A DNA stretch of 64,000 nt, from contig NW_013657649.1 in assembly GCF_000142905.1 (NCBI RefSeq), positions 124,001 through 188,000 on the forward strand, given 5' to 3'. The translations under genes were made by a program, and so were the position numbers. The DNA comes from Thecamonas trahens ATCC 50062. Its lineage: Eukaryota; Protista; Apusomonadida. Positions 42,803 through 52,548 of the stretch are shown here, piece after piece. Position 1 is the first letter of the stretch, and the number at the start of each line of letters is the position of its first letter. The notes below the pieces were generated by a model that was not told the origin of the DNA, did no database searches, and was given only the letters and a program-made list of their open reading frames with translations.

Positions 42803-44893
42803 TCAGAGGACCTTGAACGAGTCCATCGCGTGCAGGACAGCGGCGATGCGCGAGTGCGCGTCGGGCGAACCAGCCTTGACCTGCAGATGAGTGGGGCCGA
42901 CAACGAGCTGCGAGCCAGCAAGCGACGGGATGATGATACACGGCAAGCCGAGCCGGGCGGCAGCCGGTGTCTCAGCCTTGACTGCGGGCGTCGTCGACGA
43001 GCCAGCCACGTCCATGGGCACAAGACCAGAGCCTGTGTCCGGGAGAAGCAAGCTTGCGTCGTGGATGCCTGCCGCATGCAGCGCTTCCACGAGCTGGGTG
43101 GCGGTGGGGACGGCGTAGAGGATGCCGAGCGGCTGGAACGGGTCAGCTCCCGAGTCGGGCAGCTGCAGCCGGTAGAACGCAGATCGGGTCGCATCCGGGA
43201 CTAGCGCAGCTGTGACCGGGAGCGCAGCGGTGGCGTGAAAGGTGAGCGGTTTGGCCGAGGTAGCGGCAAGCTCGTGCGGGACAACGACTTTGTCAAAGCC
43301 AGCAGCAAGATGGATGGTGGCAGCGAGAGGCGGCGGGGCGCCGGCGTCGTCGAGCTCGTGAACCGGAATGCTAGCTAGGGTCGGCGCAAGAGCAGGCAGC
43401 GACGACGCGAGTCCGAGTGCCGATGAGGCCACGATCGCGCCCGGAGAAAGGTGAGTGAGGACTTGGGCAAGGCGCGGAGCGTCTAGCCGGTGCTCGATGG
43501 GCGCATGGACAACCCTGAGCGCGAGCGGGTGGAACGGGGCCAGAAGCTCGTCGAAAGCAGTCTCGTCGAGCGGCTGGGTGATGACGAGCGAGGAGCGTGT
43601 CGAGTTGGCGTAGAGCGCGAGAGCCTGGGCCGCCGGACCAGCACGGAGGTGTGGCGATGAAACCCAGAGGATCTTGGGCTCGCGCGGAGCATCGGGATCA
43701 AAGCTGAACGGCGAGAGCGCAATGGCCTGCTCGAGTGAGCGGTAGTGGGCAAGATGCCGCGACGCAAGGAGCGACGAGAAGCAAAACGGCGGTGTTGGCA
43801 CAAACGCTTTGTCACGAAGCTCAGGTGCAAGCCACTCTGAGGCAATGTTGGCGTGTGAGAGCGCTTCCTTGGCCAGCGGCGAGATGAAGAGCTGCGAGAC
43901 GGTGTGGAGTGAGAGCGAGGCGAGAAAAGCGGTGACGGTCTCGATGAGGTCAAAGACGGCGCCGACGGGATCGACTGGAATAATGACGGTTCCACCAGAC
44001 GAGACGGTGGCGCCAATGACCGAGCAAAGCGCCGTGATCGAGTCGGACGGCTGCGGCAGCACAGGCGCGTTGTGCGGGCCGGGCGCAGTGTTGGAAACGA
44101 TGACAACGTCGGGCCCGAGCAATGGCGCGAGGTCCAGCGGAGTAGGAGCGCATCCGGTGGCAGCGGAAGCGCCGGCCAGATAGACCACCTTGTGTTGCAG
44201 GCTCTCGAGGCTCCAGCAGCAAGCACCGAGGGCGAGGCCCGACGGAGCGGCGAGAGCAGTGAGTCCGGGCTGGAGGTGGACGATTTGGCCGTATGAGACG
44301 CGTTCGATGGCATCAAGCGCCACCTCGACATCGCGCAGTGAGTAGAGACTCCGCCAGGCTTGCGCGTCTTGCGGGAGGAGGTCGGCCCAAGCCGGGTGGG
44401 CGAAATCGGCCGGAGGAGCTGAGTCCCAGCCGGCGGCTTCGTGTTCGCGGACAAGCGCGCGGAGGAGAATAGCGCCAAAGTCAGCAGCAGCAGCAGTAGC
44501 AAGGACCTTGCCGGCAAAACCCATGTGAGCGACCAGATAGGGGAGGGCAGTCATCGCAGCAGGCGAGGAGATGAGAACGGCATCGAGAGCATGGACATCA
44601 GGCAAAGCGTCGAGAGCCGGGAGACGATACTTGGGACGGACATGCGGAAGAGGCGCATCCGGCTGCGGCTTGACCACACCAGCATTGTTACCAGCATAAC
44701 CAGTAGTACGGGTTGTGCTGGCAAGGGGCGACGGGGTGAAGCACCGCAGTCCGCCCAGCTCCAGTGGGAGGTCCACCAGCAGACTCGCCCAGTGGTTGTG
44801 CGACTCGTCGGTGGCAAGGCGGACAAGGAAGGAGCCGCCTCCGGCTCCCCCGCCACAGTCCGGGGGCTCGCGGCCAAGGGCGGTGACTTCCAT
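42803..44893 (-). CDS. INTS9: Integrator complex subunit 9 (inactive MBL/beta-CASP)
   Basis: LDAVLISSPAAMTALPYL (INTS9 DVILISNY..MMALPY, no HxHxDH), SGLALGACCWSL, GGTVIIPVDPVGAVFDLIE, ALSHANIASEWL, PHLRAGPA. Confidence 0.88.
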   Translation of the reverse strand: MEVTALGREPPDCGGGAGGGSFLVRLATDESHNHWASLLVDLPLELGGLRCFTPSPLASTTRTTGYAGNNAGVVKPQPDAPLPHVRPKYRLPALDALPDVHALDAVLISSPAAMTALPYLVAHMGFAGKVLATAAAADFGAILLRALVREHEAAGWDSAPPADFAHPAWADLLPQDAQAWRSLYSLRDVEVALDAIERVSYGQIVHLQPGLTALAAPSGLALGACCWSLESLQHKVVYLAGASAATGCAPTPLDLAPLLGPDVVIVSNTAPGPHNAPVLPQPSDSITALCSVIGATVSSGGTVIIPVDPVGAVFDLIETVTAFLASLSLHTVSQLFISPLAKEALSHANIASEWLAPELRDKAFVPTPPFCFSSLLASRHLAHYRSLEQAIALSPFSFDPDAPREPKILWVSSPHLRAGPAAQALALYANSTRSSLVITQPLDETAFDELLAPFHPLALRVVHAPIEHRLDAPRLAQVLTHLSPGAIVASSALGLASSLPALAPTLASIPVHELDDAGAPPPLAATIHLAAGFDKVVVPHELAATSAKPLTFHATAALPVTAALVPDATRSAFYRLQLPDSGADPFQPLGILYAVPTATQLVEALHAAGIHDASLLLPDTGSGLVPMDVAGSSTTPAVKAETPAAARLGLPCIIIPSLAGSQLVVGPTHLQVKAGSPDAHSRIAAVLHAMDSFKVL

Positions 44894-45253
44894 GGTTGGG
44901 AGAAGGGAGGGGATGGGGGTGGTGGGGGGAGAGAAGGGATGGAGGAGGAAGAAGGGAGGGGGGAGGGAAAGCGGAGAGGGGGGGAGGGAGGGGGAGGGGG
45001 GGAGGGAGGACGGGGGGGGAGAGTGCCTCTTTGCTGTGATCGCGTGTCAGCTGAGCGGACTGGCGACGGATTGGAGTGACACTCTGTCATCGGCGTCATC
45101 GCGGCTTCAATCTTGTCCATCTGACTCTGATCATTGCTCTCCATTGATCACCTTTGTAGAGAGGGAGAGGGAAAGGGAGGGAGGGCCGAGCTGATGGCAG
45201 CGGGAGAAAGTGTTCAGCATTAATATCGCTGGTTTCGGGTGCAGGGACGGCGA

Positions 45254-46837
45254 CTACGGGGCCAGGACACGGACGTCAGCACCCCAGCCAAAGCCGCGCC
45301 GGGTGCCATACTCGGCAAAGCCCTCATCAGACTCACCAGAGACAATCCTGATAATGTAGGCATCCAGGGGGTCGCACCGCGCCGCATCACGCTCCTGCAG
45401 AATACGGTAGAGCTGGCCGACAGAGGCGTCTGCGGCCACAAGCGCAGCAAAGAGAGCCGCATGCGATCTGGCTGTCTCAGCCTTGCCAAAGGTGGAATAG
45501 ACAAGCCGGCAACCAGCAACAGCGGCGGCCATTAGCTGCTGACAGAACTTGATGGTCGGGTTGCACATAAACACGCCGCACCCCCACATACCGGTCGAGA
45601 TCAGCGCGGGGTCCCAGCCGTCGGCAGGGAGCGGAGATGAAAGAGGTTCGTTCAACAAAAAGCCTGAGAAACCGAGGTATGCCTTGTTGAGGTCGCGTTG
45701 AAACCACGAGGCGCGAAGCTGCTGGCCGACCGAGTGCGCGACGATGGCATCGATAGCGACAATCTCGGTCGGATCCGCGGCAGCCGAGCCGGCACCAACG
45801 CCCGGCCCGGCGTAGCGGAAGCTGTGCAGATAGCCAGAGTACCGGGCAAAGAGCGGCGCGCCGCGAATGACCACAGCCTCGTGCGGAAGCAGCGACTCGG
45901 TGGCGAGAAGGGCGAGAAAGAGCTCAGGCCGAATTGAGAACAAGACTTCCTCTTGCGTGGCCGATGGAATGATGCACCCGATATGGAGATGGCGGTTGGC
46001 AAAGTCGATGTGCTTGCCCGCATGCGCCACGTCTTCGATCTTGATATCATGGTTGAGGGCCACGTCCACGTCAGTCAGACGAGCCTCGGACGTGGCCCAG
46101 TCGATCGGCGGGAGCTCGTTCAGCACCCGACGGCAGATCTCCAGCTTGCCCTCGAGCTCGACGCCGACCGTGTGATGAAAGTAAGCAAGCATACAGAGGA
46201 CGCGCTGCATGCCCACTCCCAGCGATCCCGACGCCATGACGGCAGCAAACGAGAGCGAGCCAAACATGCCACCAACCCAGGAGCCATCGTCACCATCTCC
46301 AGCACCATCATCAGCGTCGTTGTCATTGTCGTCGTCCGAGACAACAGTTGCAACTCTGATCCGCTGTCGTTTCGCCATAAACGTCTCATTGATGCGCTCG
46401 TAAGCTGCGGTCATGCCGAGAAAGGCAGCAGCCAGAACTGCTCGCGCACCAGCGCGTGACAACCGGAGAGTTTCGGGCTGATCCTGAGAGAGAGCCGGAA
46501 GATTCGGATCGGGAATGAGGGTTGGGAGGGCGAGGATGCTTGCGATCATGGACGGGAGGACAGTGCCGAAAAAGTCAAAGCCATCCAGAAGCTCATCGGC
46601 AGCATGTAGAGCACCCTCAAGGCCCGGTAGACGGAGAGGTGTGTCTGGACTGGCATCATCGGCCGCCACTGGCAGCTGTTCCAGTGGATCCGAGAGACGG
46701 GTGAGGTCGACCATGGCAGCGACCAGAGCTTCGACCGACGAGAGGTCAGCCATGGACTGGAGGACCTGGACAGACTGGTTCCATGTCTCACGTCCGTGTG
46801 GCAGCAGATAAGGTGGCCGAGGTGTGGAGGTGGCCAT
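45254..46837 (-). CDS. PARG: Poly(ADP-ribose) glycohydrolase (macrodomain PARG)
   Basis: IDFANR...ATQEEVLFSIRPEL, YSGY, IVAIDA, RDLNKAYLGF, TGMWGCGVF, KFCQQLMAAA. ATG at 46837; the upstream part of the tracked ORF is an alternative frame of USP5. Confidence 0.88.
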   Translation of the reverse strand: MATSTPRPPYLLPHGRETWNQSVQVLQSMADLSSVEALVAAMVDLTRLSDPLEQLPVAADDASPDTPLRLPGLEGALHAADELLDGFDFFGTVLPSMIASILALPTLIPDPNLPALSQDQPETLRLSRAGARAVLAAAFLGMTAAYERINETFMAKRQRIRVATVVSDDDNDNDADDGAGDGDDGSWVGGMFGSLSFAAVMASGSLGVGMQRVLCMLAYFHHTVGVELEGKLEICRRVLNELPPIDWATSEARLTDVDVALNHDIKIEDVAHAGKHIDFANRHLHIGCIIPSATQEEVLFSIRPELFLALLATESLLPHEAVVIRGAPLFARYSGYLHSFRYAGPGVGAGSAAADPTEIVAIDAIVAHSVGQQLRASWFQRDLNKAYLGFSGFLLNEPLSSPLPADGWDPALISTGMWGCGVFMCNPTIKFCQQLMAAAVAGCRLVYSTFGKAETARSHAALFAALVAADASVGQLYRILQERDAARCDPLDAYIIRIVSGESDEGFAEYGTRRGFGWGADVRVLAP

Positions 46838-46976
46838 CGCGGGAAGTGGTGAAGTGTGGCGTGTGCCAGCTGTAGCTGCTCCTGGCCACCAATGGAAGGT
46901 GCGTTCGGCTCGGGCGTGGCTTGTCGCCTGCGCATTGCAAGGAATTGTTCCGGTACAGACTGTGTGTGTGTATGTG

Positions 46977-49531
46977 TTAGGCATCGCTCGCGGCATCGAC
47001 CCGCTCGTAGAGGTAGACATAGCCGAGGTCAAGCGGGGGGTTCTTGGAGATGGCGACAAGCTCGTCGTTGAAGAACGAGAAGGCACCATCCTTGCGGATG
47101 TGGCAGACGTAGTGACCAGCACGGGTGGAAGAGCCGACGTGGGAGATGATGGCACGGAGAGTGTAGATGCCGCGGCCATCGGAGACCGGAGCGGCGGCGG
47201 CGGTGCTTGCGGGCGCGTCCTCAAGGCCGTTGGGGTGAGAAAAGATCCACTCAATGGCACGCTCGACGTTGCCGTCGGTCTGCTGGAGGGCGACGACGGC
47301 CTGGTCACGATCAAAGCCCATGGCGGAGACCATAGCGATGGCGTCCTCGGAGACGGCAACGGCGGATGCGGCCGAAGCGGCGCCCGGGGCAACGTACGGC
47401 TCGTTGAGGTCGGCATCGTCCATGTGGGCAAAGATCCAGTTGGAGGCGGCCTCGGCACCGGCGTTGCCAGTGAGGATGACGGCCTTCTTGCAGGCGTTCT
47501 CGGAGAAGCCCATGGAGACAAGCTGGGCAACGACGGCCGGGTCGGCCTCGGGCTCGGGGGCTGCCTCCTCCGGGAGCGGCGTCTCGCCGTCGGCGATGCC
47601 GGTACCGCGGCCGACAGCGGCCTCGAGGTCGAGGTCGAGCGGGAGCGGGATGGAGACGTCAAGCTTGATCGGGCGCCAGTCGGCCGAGACCGAGAACTTG
47701 CGCATCTGGACCATGAGGTACTTGGGGAAGGTCTTGATCTTGGTGGTGACAGAGGCGGTGGTGCGGGCGCCGATGGCCGACGAGTAGAAGCCGTCGAGCG
47801 ACGACGGGGCAAAGGTGTGGCTGAGGCAGGCGTCAAAGGGGATGGCGGCCGAGACCGGCTCGCCCTCAGGCTTGGCGCCAGAGGCGGCGGCGGCGGCCTT
47901 GCGGGCTTCATACTCGGCGACGGCGTCAGCGTTGGTGGCGGCATCCATGGGGATGTTGATGGAGAGTACGACGTCCTCGCGGTCCTCGTAGCGGACGGCC
48001 GACGAAGCCGAACACTGGTAGCGGTCCTCGAGGGTAACCTTAAAGAGGTGGGTCAGGTCGGCATCGGAGGTGCCCGCGGCGTGATCAGCACGCTCAAGAA
48101 CAGTGATCACGTGGCGGAAGTACTCTTCGACGTCCTGCTGGGCCTTGGTGGAAAACTCGGCGTGGCCACGACCAAGGAGGTACTTGAGCATGCGTGGGCG
48201 GATGCCGTCTTGGACGAACTTGGGCGTCTCGGGCGGGTCGGCGCCCGGCGGGAGCGGCGCAGGCTTGGGCTGCGAGTAGTCGCCGGAGAGGAGGCCGGCG
48301 CCGAGCTTGGCGAGCTGGGCGTGGAGAGAGGAGACGACCTCGTGCGGCGGTGTAGCGACAAAGACAGCGTCGACGGCCGGCGTCGCCGCAAAGCGGGCGC
48401 GGAACTCGGGAAGAGCAAAGAGGACCTGCATGAGCGAGTTAAAATAGCACGAGTTGCCGATGTTGACCATGCCGGTAAAGCCCGGGCCAAAGAGCGAGAC
48501 AAGATCCTCGCCAGACTCGGTGATGCGCGAAAACTCGTAGTTGCGGTTGAGGTCGACCTCCATCTCGGACACGGTCTTCTCGGTCTTCTCGAGCATGGCA
48601 ACGTTGATGCCAAAGTGCGCCATGTGAGTGGCAAGGAGCGGGTCCTTGACCGAGTCATCTTCGGCGTACGAGTACACGTCGCCGCCCTCTGCGGTGATAG
48701 TTCCGAGCTTGACTGCCAGCGGGTAGCCGGTCTGCTGGTAGTACTCGAGGGCATGCCCGTTTCCACCAGAACCGTCCCAGTTCTTGCGCCCGCAGAGGAT
48801 GGTGCCGTCGGAGAGGTTGAGCCAGAGGTTGGTCGTCAGGTCGCACATGGCGCACTTCCAGCCCGAGGGCGGGATCTTGACCCCGTTATCGAGCTGGACC
48901 AGCGACTCGGCGTGGTCCGAGACCTTGATGTTCTCACCCTCCCATGCCGCCACGTCGTCGACAAACGACGCTGATTCGGCAACAATGACTGCGTCGGCAG
49001 CCTCACGGACCCGTGCCGGCACCATGTCCAGGGCCAGCATCTCCAGCGCGGGCAGGACAGCGATGGCGTAGTCATAGTCGTACTCGGTCTTCACCAGCTG
49101 GAACCCACCCTCGACCCCAAGGGCCATCTTTGTCGGCGCCACCTTCTCTTCCTCCATCGGAGCCGGCTCGTCCTTCGGCGCGCGTTCGGTCATCTTCGTG
49201 TGTGGGGTGGTGGGTATTAGGTGCGAGTGAGTGCCATCATGTGAGAGAGCCACGGGTACAGCCAAAACTGAGGAGCACCACCTCCACACATCAACCGTCC
49301 AACTCTACGCATTAATCGTACCTTAATGTGCAAGTACAGTTGCTCGTTGGTCCGTGCGGCATAGGCCTCGACATGCCTCCGGCACAGGCCGTGGAAGGAG
49401 GAGAGAGAGACAAAGAGGCCATTCTCGTTCAGCGGCGAGTGGAAGCAGTAGATGCACTCGTCCTTGTACACAGACGCTGCAGACGTAGGCACGCTCACAG
49501 CTGCGTTCTCAAGAAGTTCACTCGTTGCCAT
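46977..49531 (-). CDS. USP5: Ubiquitin-specific protease USP5/USP13/UBP14 (isopeptidase T); intron 49321-49194
   Basis: Exon 1 VYKDECIYCF..., then GTACGA...CTAAT...AAG intron in phase 0. ZnF-UBP NLWLNLSDG..CGR..GGNGHA, Cys box NIGNSCY, two UBA domains (MGF), His box GHYVCHI. Confidence 0.95.
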
Positions 49532-49583
49532 GTCTCCTTATGTGGTATTCACCTGAGGAGTTTGAGTGGGGTGTACTCCCTTG

Positions 49584-49616
49584 TGCTGCTGCTGCTGCTG
49601 CTGTTGTTGTTGTTGT
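49584..49616. repeat. (CTG)n(TTG)n microsatellite upstream of USP5
   Basis: gctgctgctgctgctgctgttgttgttgttg. Confidence 0.8.
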
Positions 49617-50682
49617 CGCTACTGCTGCCTGCTGCCTCGGCTGGCCGTGGGCGACCTGTCAAAAAGGAACGAATGTCGCTGTTCAGTCCTGCCGGTTGTC
49701 GGTTGCCGGCACGGCTACCAGTCACTGACAGCGCGCTCGCAAGCACCCGAGATCGAGGAAAGAGCTGGGCACCCCGAAGGCAACCATCGCCGTCATCGCG
49801 CATCGTCATCGAATGGTTGAATGGGAGGGTTCCCGCTCCTCCACAAGTAACACCGTTGACGCCAACAAAGCTCTCGATGCCCAATCGCTCCTCGTTGCTC
49901 AGCCGACATGTGCCGCGAGCGTCGGCGGCAGCTCATGTACACGCGGGGCCACCGTGCCAATCACCACAATGTGCTGGCAATAAGATGGCAGCGGATTAAA
50001 ATGCGAGCAAATGTCTCAAGCCATCGAGCTAGCAGAGTGACCACTCGGCAGGCAACCGAGAGTGTTGGGAAGGAATGCTATCGAATAGCGCCATCGCACG
50101 AGCGTAGCCTGTAACAACGCGTTCGCCTTTCTCGTCTGCACCCAGAATCACGTCGCGGCGGTATGATGGCTGATGAGAAGGTCTTTACCAGGTAGCCTAG
50201 TGTAGCGTGGCAGTTTCTCCAGTGATGGCATCTCATTGCAGACAATGAAGTGATTGCAGGCATCGCCACGAGTCCGTCGTGCATCCGGTCAGCACTCCAG
50301 TTGCCAAGACAGCAGGATCCAGTGTAGGCCGGCCACCCCTCCCTCCCCATCATCGTCTACATCCCATCTACCACCACATCGATGACCTTGAATAACACTA
50401 TCCTTTCTACACTACCTTGATCAGTCCCTGATCCCTCCCTCCCTCCCCCCCCTCTCCCTTCCTCAATCTGCGCGTCATTTCGAAGCAACCTTCCTCTCGC
50501 CCCCCCGTGCAGCATGGCGTTGGCGTTGGCCACAAAACTCGTCGGCAATGTCTCCAAATCGCAGTGCACGACAGAGAGCCCCTGTGCTCGCTTACTTGCC
50601 TCCCCCCCCCTTTCCTCCCCTCCCCTCACCCCTCTCTCAGGCGTCCAACTACTCCCTCTCTCCCCTTCCCCTCCCCTTGCTC

Positions 50683-52073
50683 ATGCTGCGTGTCTCTGGA
50701 ATGAATGCTCTACGTGTCGGCCTGGCGGCTGGTGGCTCTGTCACCGTCTCGGCCGCAAGTGGTGCCGGTCTGACAGCGGCGGCTGGTGGCTATGCTGCTA
50801 GTGCTGGTGTGTCTCGTGCAGGTGGGCGCGCCGGCTCATCGTCGGCGATGCTGGGGCCTGAGTATGGTGTGGGTCGGGCTGATTGGAAGACGACCGACGA
50901 GGAGATCGAGGCCCGGAAGATGCCTGTCGACTCGGGCCAGACGCTGCTCGAGGGATACACCTTTGACGACGTGGCGCTGGTGCCCAAGTACTCGAGCCTG
51001 ACCTCGCGGACCGAGCCGTCGCTCGAGACCTGGTTCACTCGCAACACCACCATCGGGATGCCGCTCGTCGCCTCGAACATGGACACCGTTATGGGCCCCG
51101 AGCTCGCCGAGGTCCTCATCGCCAACGGCGGCATGCCCATCATGCACCGGTTCACCGATCTGGAGACGCAAGTCGCGTGGTCGCGCCAGTTTGCCGGCAA
51201 CGTCTTTATCTCGGCCGGCTTTAACGACGTCGACAACCTGGGCCCATGCTTTGACGCGGGCGCGGTCGGCGTCTGCATCGACGTCGCCCACGGCCACACC
51301 TCGACCATGATCGACTTTATCAAGCACATCCGCGACGAATACCCGGACAAGCAAATCATCGCCGGCTCGGTCTGCACGCCGCTTGGCTACCAGGACCTCG
51401 TCGAGGCTGGTGCTCACGTCATCCGCGTCGGCGTCGGCTGTGGTGCCGCCTGCTCCACCCGCATTGTCACCGGCTTTGGCGTCCCGCAGTTCACTGCTAT
51501 CCACCAGATCGCCAAGGTCGCTCGCGAAATGCGAGTTCCGTTCATTGCCGACGGCGGCATCCGCAACTCACGTGACGTTGTCCTTGCCCTCGCTGCAGGC
51601 GCAACGTCCTGCATGATGGGCAACCTCTTTGCCAAGACCTTTGAATCGGCCGCGCCAAAGTACATCCGCCTCAACACCGACTCGGACTTTGACGTCGTTC
51701 ATCCGGTCAAGGTCGGAACGGTCACTAACATCGAGCACCAGGGCCGGACCTACGCCTTTGAGCTCGGCAAGACCCGCCTGAGGACATGCCGTTTAAGTAC
51801 GACGTTTTCGCCCTTTATCGCGGCCAGGCCTCGGAGCACTTCCAGTCCGACTACTTTGGTGGCGTCAAGAAGGGCACTGTCCCCGAGGGCGTCGACTTTA
51901 CCACCCGTGTCTCGGGCTCGGCCCAGGATCTGCTCGACAACCTCCTTGGCGGCCTCCGCTCCGGCATGACCTACGGTGGCGCCCGCACCATCGAGGAGCT
52001 CCAGCGCAAGGCCGAGTTCATCAAGGTCACCTCCAACTATGCCGCCGAGTCGTTCCCTCGCATCCATCAGTAA
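50683..52073 (+). CDS. IMPDH/GMP reductase family enzyme without CBS domains (probably GMP reductase); frameshift at about 51774
   Basis: YTFDDVALVP, PLVASNMDTV, IDVAHGH, RVGVGCGAACSTR, IADGGIR, then in the other frame YRGQAS...PEGV...GGLRSGMTYGGA. Confidence 0.9.
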
Positions 52074-52203
52074 TCGTAATCGCAGCAGCAACTACTTTCC
52101 CCACCCAATAATCATCATCCTCCTCCAACCATTCGCCCAAGCCACCTACTGCTCCATGCCCCTCTCGCCGCCCGCCGCCCGTCAGCCTCCCCCCTCCCCC
52201 CCC

Positions 52204-52303
52204 NNNNNNNNNNNNNNNNNNNNNNNNNNNNNNNNNNNNNNNNNNNNNNNNNNNNNNNNNNNNNNNNNNNNNNNNNNNNNNNNNNNNNNNNNNNNNNNNN
52301 NNN
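52204..52303. other. Assembly gap (100 N)
   Basis: N run after a C homopolymer. Confidence 0.99.
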
Positions 52304-52548
52304 GAGTGATAAAAAAATAGAAGACTAGTCTTGTGCTTTTGGATCGCTCCAAAAGTAAAGTTAAAAAATAAAAAAGGAAGGAGATAGGATAAAATAGAGT
52401 TAAAGAGGATGGATGTCAGCCAGAGTGGAGAGGTGTACTCGGAAAAAATTCACTTTTGCGAGAGTGCGGCCATGAGCCCCCCCCCCTCCCGTCCACCACC
52501 CACCACTCACTCCACTTCCACCCACTACTCACCGACACCTCCCCCATC

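Noticed and set aside
45254-47944. 896-aa ORF suggesting a long N-terminal extension or USP5-PARG fusion
   Set aside because: The upstream part is an alternative frame of USP5, which has its own stop at 46977. PARG plausibly starts at 46837.
46824-48974. 716-aa + strand ORF and similar long overlapping ORFs (54862-56607, 40972-42582, 4824-6209)
   Set aside because: Antisense shadows of real GC3-rich genes, with no recognisable motifs.
49960-50340. Possible ncRNA or riboswitch upstream of the GMPR-like gene (hairpin CTCGG-caggcaa-CCGAG, TGATGA box-C-like word)
   Set aside because: No matching D box at a suitable distance and no purine-riboswitch consensus; unsupported without a covariance search.
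52304-52445. AT-rich patch as possible foreign DNA
   Set aside because: Short and directly adjacent to an assembly gap; probably low-quality contig end or ordinary intergenic DNA.
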